Below, one piece after another: positions 12,240 to 45,414 of a DNA stretch of 50,024 nucleotides. This DNA comes from Octopus bimaculoides. Lineage: Eukaryota. The stretch's first letter is position 1. Each line of letters opens with the position of its first letter. The position numbers and the translations under genes were made by a program. The stretch is taken from positions 48,958,780 to 49,008,803 of the forward strand of contig NC_068997.1 in assembly GCF_001194135.2 (NCBI RefSeq). The letters run 5' to 3'. The notes under the pieces are model-generated. The model did not search any database, was not told the DNA's origin, and saw only the letters and a program-made list of their open reading frames with translations.

Positions 12240-12432
12240 GATATAAAATGTAAAAAATAGCGGGTAGGGTCAATTCCGAAACCTGAGTTTACTTGGTCTG
12301 GGATAATCCAAGTAAAAGACTAGTAAAAGCAAAAATAAAGACAACATAATAGCGAAAATAAAGGTGACATTTGATACAATAAAAGCAACAATGCAACAAC
12401 CACATTGGATAAGACCATAAAAGTGGACTTAC

Positions 12433-12488
12433 CAAAATGAAACACAAAATGGTTCGGTATTATTATCATGGTTGGTCACAACTAAATA
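12433..12488 (-). CDS. Duplicated 56-nt exon, copy 1 (YLVVTNHDNNTEPFCVSF)
   Basis: attcttag acceptor and TG|GTAAGT donor; same length, sites and open frame as 18984-19039. Confidence 0.5.
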
Positions 12489-13009
12489 CTAAGAATGCAG
12501 ACGGCCAATCTAAACTAGAGATTATATAACGTGTTTTATATATATACATATGTATGTATATAAGGGTAGAGAATATGTAGTGTAACTAAGGAACTGATAT
12601 GTAAATAAAAATGCAGTTAAAACATGCATAAGATCATGTACATATGTATATAAATGATTAATTATTAATTTATTAATAAATTAATATTCCTTTACCCTTT
12701 TNNNNNNNNNNATATATATACATACACCCACACGCATATCCAGGTGTTAGCGTGTGTGAAGCTTCTTTATTTTTAAAACTGATATTTTATTATTACCATC
12801 GGTCACTTAATCAATAAAATAAAAGTGCAGTTGTGTAAAATAAACGCAACTCAGATTTCAGTCGCTCTTTTCTATATATCATAATGTCATACATGAATTG
12901 GATCATTCAGGAGTAACAGATAATTTACATGTCAAAGCATTAACTGTGAAAACTGAAAGGTGAGAACTGATGTTATGACATGCAAGAATAAGTGCAAAAT
13001 CGAAAAATC

Positions 13010-13053
<44 letters not shown>

Positions 13054-13057
<4 letters not shown>

Positions 13058-13436
13058 GGCACTCCGTCGGTTACGACGACCAGGGTTCCAGTTGATCCGA
13101 TCAACGGAACTGCCTGCTCATGAAATTAACGTGCAAGTGGCTGAGAACTCAACAGACACATGTACCCTTAAAGTAGTTCTCGGGGAGATTCAGCGTGATA
13201 CAGAATTTGACAAGGCTGGCCCCTTGAAATAGAGGCACAACAGAAACAGGAAGAAAGAGTAGGAGAAAGTTTTGGTGAATGATTACAGCAGAGTTCGCCA
13301 CTACCCCTGCCAAAGCCTCGTGGGGCCTTAGGTGTTTTCGCTCAATAAACACTCACAACGCCCAGTCTGGGAATCGAAACTGCGAACCTATGATCGCGAG
13401 TCCGCTGTCCTAATTACTGGGCTATTGCGCCTCCAC
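13054..13436 (-). mobile_element. SINE family 1, older copy (a second head at about 13485-13565)
   Basis: Colinear with 2589-2958, with more substitutions. Confidence 0.85.
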
Positions 13437-14174
13437 ACACGCACACACACACACATATATATACATATATACACAGCCAGTTCACAACGCCCGGTCTGGG
13501 AATCGAAACCTCGATCCTATGACCGCGAGTCCACTGCCCTAACCACTGGGCCATTGCGTCTCCACTGTTTACCAGACTATGCAGGTAAATTATTTATCAA
13601 CCCCAGAAGGATTAAAAGGTAAAGATGAAGCAAGCAAGATTTGAACTCGGAACTCAACGAGCAGAATAAAAGCCTCAAGGCATTTTGTTCGATATGCTCA
13701 GACGACCCTGCCAATTGCTTCTCCAGTATAGTTTTTGCAGTAGCAGCATCAGTGAGAGGAGTGTGATGGCGAAGAATATCTGTGAATATTAGAAATTGTA
13801 GACGACAAATCTAATTGAGGAGAGTAGCTGGAGATATCCAGATTAAGAGAGACAGAGAGAGCAATGGCACCGATGTACCCCCTGCAGACAGCATTTCATT
13901 TTCTGAATAGCAAGTGTTTTTCTAGTGCAGCATATGTAGAATACAAATAAGAGATTGTGGAGCTTTTAATCAAAGCGCCAACACTTGAAAGATTACTTGA
14001 CTGTAATCAAAGCTTCCTTTATTCAGACAATCATTAGAATCTCAGAGAGAGAGAGAGAGAGACACAGAGAGAGACCAAGGATATTCATAAACGTGTTAAC
14101 ATCATGTCACTGAAAATGAAACGTGTCATTTCCAAATTCTCACCTCTGACGACACTCTTGTTCTTCTCATGTGT

Positions 14175-14561
14175 GTGGAGGCGCAATGGCCCAGTGGCTA
14201 GGGCAGCGGACTCGCGGTTATAGGATCGCGGTTTCAATTCGCAGACCAGGCGTTGTGAGTGTTTATTGAGCGAAATCACCTAAAGCTCCACGAGGCTCTG
14301 GCAGGGGATGGTGGCGAACCCTGATGTACTCTTTCACCACAACTTTCTCTCACTCTTACTTCCTGTTTTTGTTGTGCCTGTAATTCAAAGGGTCAGCCTT
14401 GTCACACTGTGTCACGCTGAATATCCCCGAGAACTACGTTAAGGTTACACGTGTCTGTGGAATACTCAGCCACTTGCACGCTAATTTCACAAGCAGGCTG
14501 TTCCGTTGGTCGGATCAACTGGAACCCTCAACGTCGTAAGCGACGGAGTGCCAACAACAAC
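14175..14561 (+). mobile_element. SINE family 1, full length
   Basis: Colinear with 2589-2958. Confidence 0.9.
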
Positions 14562-14989
14562 ATGACTCTCCCCAGAAACAACGTAAAAAAAAAAAAGAGA
14601 GAAATTATTTTAAAATAACAGATTGAAAATTCAGAAGGCCAAGATATATTAGTGCCTCATACTTCAAGAATTTCTCAGTCAATATGAATTATGTATATTT
14701 GTAGCGTTCGCACCGAATGTGTCAGGTATGTTACAAATGCACAGTTTTAATATTAACTAGGTCAGCTATGCCGTGAGACCTTTAGAAAATGTATGAAACC
14801 TGTTTATAAAATCATGTACCCATGTATAAATATGCATATATGTATGACATTGAAATACACATATATAGGTATGCATATACAACATTAGTGAAATTAAGTT
14901 GAGCATCTATTGTAGAAAATAATGTAATGTAGATTAACTAGTGAATCATTGACATTAAAAGAATGTGTGTATATAAGTAGTCAAAATTG

Positions 14990-15540
14990 TATTGGGTCAT
15001 CCCAAATATAATGCGGTTTTTTAATACTTCTTTTATTTTTCAAAATTAAGATAAACTATGTATTTTTTTTTTTCATCTAAAATATATTCTCCTTTACTTT
15101 CTGCAATACTCTTCCATCTATCTGGTAGACTTGCAAGGAAACTCGTCCTAAATTCACTTGCCCGTCACGAAAAATACTCCTCCAGTACTGTTCTGACCTC
15201 ATCTACAGAATTTATATTTTCTTCTTCCAAGTGATTTTGAAGTCCGCGGAATAAATGATAATCAGATGGGGCAATGTCCGGCGAACATGGTGGGTAGAGG
15301 CATCGGTTCCCATTGCAACTACTCCAGCTTTTGGAATGTCATCCTCGCTGTATGTGGCAGACCATTATCCTGATGGAAGAACCCCTTTTGTCCTGAAACC
15401 AAAGATGTTTCAGGAGCAAAATATTTTCCCCAAAATTTCTCGATATCGTCACAATATTTGGAACAAACGATTTTCCTATAATAATTTCTCTAAAATAAAA
15501 AATTATACGTTGATAATATATATTTATAAATGTTAAACAC
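14990..15540 (-). mobile_element. mariner transposase remnant
   Basis: FFHQDNGLPHTAR and CSPDIAPSDYHLFRGLQNHL (mariner HDNARPH / YSPDLAPSDY) with stops and a frameshift; TA-flanked end at 14990. Confidence 0.85.
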
Positions 15541-16533
15541 ACACAAGCGCGCGCACACGCGCTTTTTTAATACAAAGGGTAAAAGTATGGTAAATATTTT
15601 TTTGCATATGGTTTACATATCTTGTCCAAGATATATCACGGACAGACATAATGTTGGAATTAGAAAAAAAAAAAAATAATAATAATAATAAAAGTACGGT
15701 ACCGTTTTTATTTTTAAATTTTTAGTGCTAGTCAGAGGAGAAAAGACAGCACCTATGCGTTTTTAATGGTGTCTGAGATTACTGGATGGAAGAAGGGCTG
15801 TTTTCTTCAGATTGCAGACCTGCCTTGAATGCTTGCAACTGGGCACAATCTGATAAAGGCCTTAATACGAATAAAGTGAGTCCAGTTAAGCCACCCCTCT
15901 ATGAATAAGAATGAATCTCCTGACATTTTGCATGCAATTTTCGTCTACCAAATTTCATTTATGAGTGTTTGGTTGACTCGAAGTAATTGTAGAATTCTCT
16001 TGTCCAAGATGTCAGACAGCTGGATTGAACCAGGGACAACGTATTTGTGAACCGAACTTTGTAACTGAATAGCCATATCTGCTCTATAGGAGCTACCAGA
16101 CAATTACACCACCAACAGTTTTACTAAAAACTGGTATTCCGTCGGTTACGACGACGAGGCTTTAGATGACCCGATAAACGAAACAGCCTGCTCATGAAAT
16201 TAACATGCAAGTGGCTGAGCATTCCACAGACATGCGTACACTTAAAGCAGTTTTCAGGTAGATTCAGCGTCAAACAGAATATGACAAAGTTGGCCCCTTT
16301 GTAATTACAGGTACAACTCATTTTTGCCAGCAATGTGAAATAAAGTGTCTTGCTCAAGGACACAGTCACGACACTCCGATGGTTATCGAACTTACGATTT
16401 TATGATCATCAGCCGAACAACCTAACCACTGAGCCTCGTGCCTTCACTACATTACCAATAGAACACTACTTTTTCTAAGAACCAAGATGAGTCCAAAGTG
16501 GCCACGACACCAAAAACAACCTGGTGTACTTAC

Positions 16534-16681
16534 AACAAACCATTTCAAAAACAGTCCTCAAAGTTACTGCAATTGCTGGCCTGCCTATTTTCTGATAATC
16601 GCTCATGGTAACCTCACATGGATAACATTGCAACAATAGCATCAGAAAGCAGAAGCCTCCTTTATAGCAACAATATATCAT
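16534..16681 (-). CDS. Candidate signal-peptide-bearing first coding exon (MIYCCYKGGFCFLMLLLQCYPCEVT...EMVC)
   Basis: ATG 6 nt after a tgtcag acceptor with an in-frame TAA in between, a hydrophobic core, and a phase-1 T|GTAAGT donor. Confidence 0.35.
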
Positions 16682-18264
16682 CAGTTACTGACACTCAAAA
16701 AACTATTATTATGATACACATAAGAATGTTACTCACATCTGCTGTTTCTGATACAACACTTAAAAATATTCTGAACAAACCATCACAGAAACATGTCGTG
16801 CGAGGTGGTTTGACTTAACATAATTTACCTGCGCCATCCCCAAGCCATTTTTACTTAGAGCAAAAAGAGTATCCGTTTTCTTGACAGAACACAGGAACGT
16901 TACACCTCCTCTGGTTCATCTCCGTTGTGGATTGTAACAAGTTACGCCCATCTTGGGCTTGAAACGCTTAGTTCTTGTACTAAAAAAAATTCTATACCTT
17001 TTCTTTTCTCTTTTCTCGTTTATTTGTTTCATTCATTAGACTGCGGACAAGCTGGAGCACCGCCTTCAAGAATTTTAGTCGAACGAATCTATCCCACTAT
17101 TTATTTATTTTTGTTTGTTTAAGCCAGTTACTTATTCTATCGGTATCATTTGCCGAACCGCTGATTTACGGGGACATAAACACACTAACACTAGTTGTCA
17201 AGCGATAGGGAGAGGGTCAAACGCTTTCACTAAGGAAGACCAATTTCTATGGATATTTTTTCATATTTCTCAGATATACACAAAAAACACAAACACACAT
17301 ACTTGTCTAGATATACAACTATATGCATGAGAATACATACATAAAACATACAAATCTTCACATATATACATACATACTCTGTTGTTAATGCTGAAATTCC
17401 AATGAAGGAACCTTGGATCTAGGTTAGAAACCGGTTCTTTCTCTATTAGCGAGAACTCTTGGAATAAACAGAATAATGACATACACACATAGATACATAC
17501 ATACATACATATTGCCCGACGTTGCTTCTCTCAGTTTGCAACTAGCAAATGCACTCAGAAGGCTTTGGTAGGCCGGAGGCTTATACTAAAAGACATTTGC
17601 TCAAGGTGCCACACAGAAGGACTGAACCCAGCACCGTGTGATTGGGGAGCTAACTTCTTACTACACAGCCACGCCGGCGCCTACGTAGAGATTTCAGACT
17701 CTAAATGACATTTGTGAATAATGGAGATTCGTTAGTGTTCGCCAGGTACGTGGTTATGTACTATTGGCGTTGTGGCGGTGGTGGTGAAACGTGTTCTATG
17801 CTGTTCTATGTTGTTTATTATTTATAGATATTGTTTCACTTTGAACCAGTTATTTGCTTGTGTCTTCGTTAATAATTTATATATATAGTTTTGACAATTT
17901 TCTTAGGTGGGGGTTGAGGCGGGGTGGAGCGACAGCTCCTCAATTAATAAAGTACAATTGGAAACATCCCAAAATATTCAGTAAAAATGTTTAGCGCCAC
18001 CTAATCACGGCTGTTCCCTAGGAATCGACGATACTGCAATTTTAACCCCTAAAAGGAGCCCTCCTCCAGCTGGTTATGCAATGCACTCTGCACTCAATAT
18101 ATATTGCAAACAGGGAGAGAACATCCTACTATTTTAGCCAAGAGACCATCAGACCGTACGGTTTCGACCTTCTTATGGTCATCCATAGATATAGCAGTAG
18201 GTTACTGCAGCTTGCAATAAAAATAATTGACTCAGTCCCTGCAACAAGCAAACTTGCTAGTCAA

Positions 18265-18451
18265 GAAAATCTCTATAAGAAATGAAAGCAATATTCATAC
18301 TGACAAGTAGTGTTTAACGTCACCTTTAGGAGGAGGTGTTCTCCTTGGGTTACACATTGCAGTATCGTCGGTTCCTAAGAAGCATCCGTATTTAGGTGGC
18401 GTTAAACACTACTCACTATAAATACTGGTTTAATTTCTTATAGAGATTTTC
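18265..18451. repeat. Nested inverted-repeat element
   Basis: Perfect 19-bp outer arms GAAAATCTCTATAAGAAAT; inner arms AGTGTTTAACG(T/C)CACCT. Confidence 0.7.
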
Positions 18452-18983
18452 CAGCGTTGACCTTGGGATAGATATCATCATCAACTTACAGCCATCACAG
18501 CACACGAAACTCACCGCTGTAGTCTCTAAAGATAGCAGCCAAATCTCCTTCAGTTTACACCTAATCTATCTTATATACAAAATGAATATACTCTATTATT
18601 TAGTTGAGAAGTCAGAGACGGAACATATTTGATTATTGTTCCATTTGTGACGGTTGATCTGGCGTTATATGACAGCCAAAAAAAAAAAAAACAATAACAA
18701 CAAAAGCCACAAAGTCTTGCTAAACATACTAACCAAATCCCCCTTCAATCTTACTTTGCATTGTGAGAAAAGAAAGGCTACGTTCGATAATGTTTTTGAT
18801 CAAAATACGATGGACTGATCAGGACTTGAACATCTTTTACCATAGCCCTGCTGGATCAGGGCAGATCAAAGCAAAATGTAGCGAAGACAACATCAGAAGC
18901 AATATAATTAACAGTAACATTTACAACAATAATAACACTGATAATAACAACAATATTAGCTATAATGATAGAAGTGAGCTTAC

Positions 18984-19039
18984 CAAAATGTAATACAAGA
19001 CGTTTCGACATCACTATCGTCGTTGGTCACAACCAAGTA
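18984..19039 (-). CDS. Duplicated 56-nt exon, copy 2 (YLVVTNDDSDVETSCITF)
   Basis: attcttag acceptor and TG|GTAAGC donor; paralogue of 12433-12488. Confidence 0.5.
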
Positions 19040-21257
19040 CTAAGAATTATATCCAAATATATAGAGTCATAGATACATCTCTGCATGCGTCAATATGTGT
19101 GCACATGTGTGTGTATGTTAGCGTGTGTGTGTGCGCGCGTGTATTCACACATACAAAAAGACACGCCTATATTTGCGTGCGATGCCTACTCTTGTATGTC
19201 GACAAGATTTCTTTTCATGTGATTTACTATATTGATTTGTTATTGGTTATACATGCCCATCGGCAACTTAATCAATTAACAACAAAAACATTTCAGGTAA
19301 TTAAGACGCAAATCAGATTTCAGCAGCTCTTTCATGTATCTCTTGAGGTCGAACTTCTTTCAGGCGTATTATTCAAAAGGAAAATATAAAATTGATAATT
19401 AACATGTCAAAACATACTTGTGCATGTTGAAATATGTTTACCACATTGTCAATAAATACAACTGTAAAAAGAATATCGAAAAATACATTTGTAAGTAAAT
19501 TATATGTGTGTTTATGTGTATGTACATATATATATATATATATGTATATGTATGTATAATATAAACATACATATATTATATGCATAGATATATACACCTG
19601 TGTGGTTAAGAAGCACTATTTGCGACCGTGTGTATTCAGTTTCAATCTCACTGCCCAGAACATAAGGCAACTAACTTCTGCTATCACTCTGTGACAATCC
19701 ATACGTTGTGATGGAGATTATGTAGAAATCCATCGCTAGCCACTAAAGTTGTTTATTATGTAGTGGTATATTTGCCTTACAGAATATTTTTTTCTTTTTA
19801 CATATTATTTATTTATTTGTTGTATTTGTGTATTATTAGTCTATTTTTTGTGTGTATTGATGTGCATTGTTTGGGTTTTTGGTTAGAGAATATTATCAAA
19901 ATGAAAGTATTTTGCCTATTTATTTTGACTAGGAACACTGTACGCGATAAATATCCGATACCAAAAAATCTTAATCTACATATTTAAACTGCATTAAACA
20001 TTGGCAAGCTTATCTTTACCTATTCTGAGTTATTTGAAAGGTGATGTTCTTTTCCTTCTCTTCTATTTGTGGAGACCTTCGTTTACGTACCAATGTATCA
20101 TTTCACTTTAAGGACGCTTATTTAAACATCCATTATGATATTTTGACTGTTAGCCATTGTTGTTCTCGCTTTTTTAAACAATCACAAGAAATTTCGTTTT
20201 CATGTAAAACAAATATATTTTGTAGTCATTATCCATAACCTACTCCCAAAACACTTCAGTAGCTCTACTTTGCATAACTTGCAAACTTATACCTTCTATG
20301 ATCATTAAAGTGCAACGACCTCCACAATAACCAGCCTTCAATTTGGTTTTCCATTCCTAGGTTAATCGGAAACATAGATTGCTGTGCTACTCAGAAACCT
20401 TGTCGGTAGTTCAGTTATTTGAAAAAAATACCACCAAAGCAACTTAAACCGTCCAAAGGACGGGTGAATTTACTAGTATGTGTATATATATATATATATA
20501 TGACAAAATGGATAGGAATTACATTTCTGATAACTTTTCCACTTCATTTTTTGTAAGCTTAGTACTTATTCTATCGGTCTCTTTTGCCAAACTGTTAAGT
20601 TATGGGGACGTAAACACACCAGTATCGGTTGTCAAGCGATGGTAGGGGGACAAACACAGACACAAACATATACATATATACGACGGGCTTCTTTTCAGTT
20701 TCTGTCTATCAAATCCACTCATAAGGCTTTGGTCAGCCCAAGGCTGGAATAAAAGACATTTGCCTAAGGTGCCATGTAGTGGAAATGAACCCGGGACCAA
20801 GTGGTTCATAAGCTACTTACTACACAGCCACTCCTGCACCTTAAAAAATAACCACTGTGGGCAGTGGCACGTGAAAAGACATTCAAGTGAGTTCGTTGCC
20901 AGTACTGCTCGACTGGCCCTTGTGCAGGTGGCACGTAAAATCACCATTTCGAAAGTGGTCGTTGCCAGTACCTCCTGACTGGCCTTCGTGCCGGTGGCAC
21001 GTAAAAGCACTCATTACACTCCAGGAGTGGTTGACATTAGGAAGGGCATCCAGCTGTAGAAATTCTGCCAAATCAGATTGGAGCCTGGTGTAGCCATCTG
21101 GTTTCACCGGTCCTCAGTCAAATCGTCCAACCCATGCTAGCATGGAAAGCGGACGTTAAACGATGATGATGATGATGATGAAGGTATGCAGCAGAGAATA
21201 AAAACAAGGAAAAAGAAAGAAAAAAAAAAACCATAACAAATGTCATGAATTAAAAAT

Positions 21258-21263
21258 TTTATT
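21258..21263 (-). promoter_or_regulatory. Candidate HELLS polyadenylation signal AATAAA
   Basis: About 490 nt after the stop codon and followed by a U-rich tract on the minus strand. Confidence 0.4.
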
Positions 21264-21583
21264 TATATAATTTATACATTGATACAGATGTGTTGCAGGT
21301 GTGAGAAATTTGGAAGCTAAGATTAACTGATTAATGGTTCTTAATTAATTTGATAATTAAACCACGAGAAGGATAAAAACGAGAGTTATTTCAATGATTA
21401 ACGTCAGAAAAGAGATTGAAGTGATATGTCATGACACTTAATTGGTCTCCAAATAGTATCATATGGATGGGTTTTTTTTTTTTGTTTTTTTTTTTGGTTT
21501 ACGAAAAAAGATGATAAAGACTGAGAATAGCAGGAAATGACAAACGACAAATGATTTGGTGAATTATTTATAAAAAATTGAAT

Positions 21584-21719
21584 TTAACCTTTAGCATGCT
21601 GTAGATGCAGCATGTCATTGTGTGAGTGTACTCCCCTCTCAAAGTGATAGCACACATACAGCTACAAAGGAGAAAACTCGTATGGGCACAATGATGTCTT
21701 TAAGCATGCTAAAGGTTAA
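21584..21719. mobile_element. 136-bp TTAA-flanked MITE in the HELLS 3' UTR
   Basis: Perfect 17-bp inverted ends TTAACCTTTAGCATGCT / AGCATGCTAAAGGTTAA. Confidence 0.75.
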
Positions 21720-21752
21720 TCTTCTCACCTTTGTGTGTTTTTGATTGAATTA

Positions 21753-41872
<20,120 letters not shown>

Positions 41873-42919
41873 GCTTACTGGTTGGCTAATGTTGGGCCTG
41901 TAATGAACATAACAAAAACATTTAAACTTATCGACGCATATATATATACAATATACACACCAGCAAAATTAGAAAATTACAGCAGCAACAAAACCTATGG
42001 AGATTTAATTTAGATTCGAGCAAGATCGTTGCCAGTGCCCCTGGGCTGGCTCTTGTGCGGGTGGCACATAAAAGACACCATTTTGAGCGTGGCCGTTGCC
42101 AGTACCGCCTGACTGGCCTTCGTGCGGGTGGCACGTAAAAGCACCCAGCTGTAGAAACTCTGCCAAATTAGATTGGAGCCTGGTGTTGTCATCCGGTTTC
42201 ACCAGTCCTCAGTCAAATCGTCCAACCCATGCTAGCATGGAAAGCGGACGTTAAACGATGATGATGATGATGATAACTACATCCAAGCAAAGAATATTCA
42301 ATGACAATAAAGATGGTGATGGCTACTGAAATAATTATGATGTAAGCTAAATTATATATGGTGGTATTGATTAGTGAAACAACTATAGTGGAACTTCTGT
42401 GTGTACGATAGTAATTACTACTGAAATACTTATGATGTAAATCAGAGTGGTGGTCGTGGTAATAGCAGCGACAGTNNNNNNNNNNNNNNNNNNNNNNNNN
42501 NNNNNNNNNNNNNNNNNNNNNNNNNNNNGGGGGGGGGGGGTTACTCTTTTACTTGTTTCAGTCATTTGACTGTGGCCATGCTGGGGCACCGCCTTTAGTC
42601 GAGCAAATCGACCCCAGGACTTATTCTTTGTAAGCCTAGTACTTATTTTATCGGCCTCTTCTTGCCGAACCGCTAAGTTACGGGGACATAAACACACCAG
42701 CATTGGTTGTCAAGCAATGCTAGGGGGACAAACACATATATATATATATATATATATATACGACAGGCTTCTTTCAGTTTCCGTCTACCAAATCCACTCA
42801 CAACGCTTTGGTCAGCCCAAGGCTATAGTAGAAGACACTTGCCCAAGGTGCCACACAGTGGGACTGAACCCAGAACCATGTGGTTGGTAAGCAAGCTACT
42901 TACCACACAGCCACTCCTG

Positions 42920-43890
42920 CGCAAATATTCATGATGTAACAAATGGATGATGATGGTAATGATGTTAACGAGTGAAACAGACATGATGTGACATAAAGAG
43001 ATGATGATAATAATAATAGTTATGTTTATGATGATGGTTATGTTGATCTGTAAAAAATGTTGTAACCTTAAGACATGATGATGACAATGATGATGACTTG
43101 TGGTGATGATGAGTGAAATAACCATGATGTAACTATGATGATGATGATGATGATGATGATGACTATGTTGGTCACTGAAGTATCTATGATGCAAATTAAT
43201 GATCATGATAACGATGATGATAAAAGTAGTAATGCCAATGAGTGAAATAGCCATGATGTAACCTTAAGAAATGATGATGATGATGGCAGTGTTGTTGATC
43301 AGTGAAATATGTCTATTATAACCTTAAAGACATGGTGGTGGTGGTGAAATTTAATGGGGGAGGTTTGTCAATCAGAAGAAATATCCATGATGCAACTTAA
43401 AAATGATGATGATGGTTAGGTGATCTCTGAAACTGCTATGATGCAACTTAAATAGATAATGATTGAAATATCCATGATGTAACCGAAACATATGATGGTA
43501 ATAATGGTGATTAAGATGACGATGATGATGATGATGATAAAAAGGGGTGGTGACGAGGATGATATTGATGATGAGGGTGGTGGTGACGATGATGATGGTG
43601 GGGTGTCAAACCGCAACGTATACAGGATGTAACTTAGAGAAAGTGATGATGTTGATGGTAAATGTTAACCATTGAAAAAATTTACGATGCAACCTGAAGA
43701 TGATGATGATGATGATGATGACAATGGTAACAATGAAGAGATGACAAAGATATGTGAAACAGCATGATGATGACTGTACTGACCACTGAAATATGATGCA
43801 ATGTGATGGTGATGACCATGATGAGGGGTGAAACATCCTAAAATTATGATCCTGATGGATCATATCCTAAAATTATGATCATCATCATTT
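42920..43890. repeat. Degenerate (GAT)-rich minisatellite
   Basis: Repeated GAAATA(T/G)CCATGATG(T/C)AAC motif separated by (GAT)n/(GGT)n tracts. Confidence 0.75.
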
Positions 43891-45125
43891 ATAAGGTCCA
43901 CTTTTCTGTGTTCAGATTACATATAGTCCGTCTCCGCCAAAAAAAATAAACAGCCTGCAGGGTGTTAACAATCGTGTAGAAAAAAAAAATTGTGTAAATA
44001 AACCCGGGGGGGGGGGGCAGGGAGAGACTTTTGGAAAATTCACAAGATCCGATTTTTTAAATTAACCTAATTTTGATAACCCCTGACATTTCGGGATCGC
44101 TCGTTAACTGAGCTGAAACCGATTCCAATTGTTGTTTCGCCCCAGTTCATGTTAGGTCTGATCCAGCAGACATGTGATCAAGGGCACTCTACCCACGACC
44201 ATCCCATTTATTTTTCAGGCAATCATATTACTTTGAAATGTATCATTTGCATCTTAATTAAAATAACGACTGTAACACAATTTGTTCATGAATTAAAGGT
44301 AATTTTTCAGATTAACACCCGAACGATATTCACTAGGGTGTTAGAGTTAGGGACGAAATTCCCTAACCCAAACCCTAAAACCCTAACCTTAAATTAACAA
44401 GAAATTTAAGTATCAACGAAGAATGTATTCTTGCATTCTTAACTCCACCCACGAACTTCTGCATTTTTATATAGGTTTCAGGCAGCGTACCACAAGTTAC
44501 ATTAGCCAACGTGTCTTTTTATATGATAGGATGTGACACGAGGGAGATTTAGGCTTAAATAAAACAAGATGGTCATAATTGGATCGTGCTAAAAAGACTG
44601 GATGGTGACATTTGGAACATTTTTTATTTTTCGGATAATCTCGTTTGAAATGTTTTAAAACGACGAGATGGTCACGGTTAGAACGCCTTTAAAACACAGA
44701 ATAGATAGGCGCCTATACATATCTGACATTTCAAAATGCATTTACACCTCTAAATAATATTATAGGGAGCCGTACCTTTCTGAACGAGAAGGGAGAAAAA
44801 CAGTGGACAGCAGAGAAAAAAACCCCAGAATGATGGCTAAAGATGGAAGGCTTTGACTAGATTTTGATCGACTTGGGACGAAACATCACAGAAGATAGAA
44901 AGAAAGATAGATATTATCTACTTTCCCCTACATCCTTTTTCTCATGTAGTTATGGTTATGTGTGAATATTATACATATATATATTATTATTATTATTATC
45001 TTTATCTTATGATATTTACTTTGTATTATATTATACTCATTTATTGTGCTTTTAATTATTAATTTTTCTAAATGTGACAGTGGATTTTCATTGATGAATT
45101 CATGAAACTTGGTTCTTATTGCTAA

Positions 45126-45170
<45 letters not shown>

Positions 45171-45288
45171 TACATATACACACATTAAAAACTATCTACA
45201 TTCCTTACATTCTAATTATAGCATATATACAAACAAAATTAACATACATTTCTACGCATATATACATATATGCACACGTGTGTATGAT

Positions 45289-45332
<44 letters not shown>

Positions 45333-45414
45333 TTCATAACGACGGTTCGCTCGTGGGGAAAAAATACATGCAAGATAGCTTCGTAAAATTCATAGAGAAA
45401 AAAAATACACTTAC

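Noticed and set aside
14704-14724. Plus-strand 21-nt microexon-like segment (tttgtag...CAG|gtatgt)
   Set aside because: Isolated, with no partner exons or second copy; expected by chance in 50 kb.
19430-19475. Exon-like segment VFIDNVVNIFQHAQ with AG and GTATGT sites
   Set aside because: The donor is not conserved in the paralogous block near 12930, unlike the 56-nt exon.
42823-43254. His/Ile-rich 143-aa ORF
   Set aside because: Translation of the (GAT)n minisatellite.
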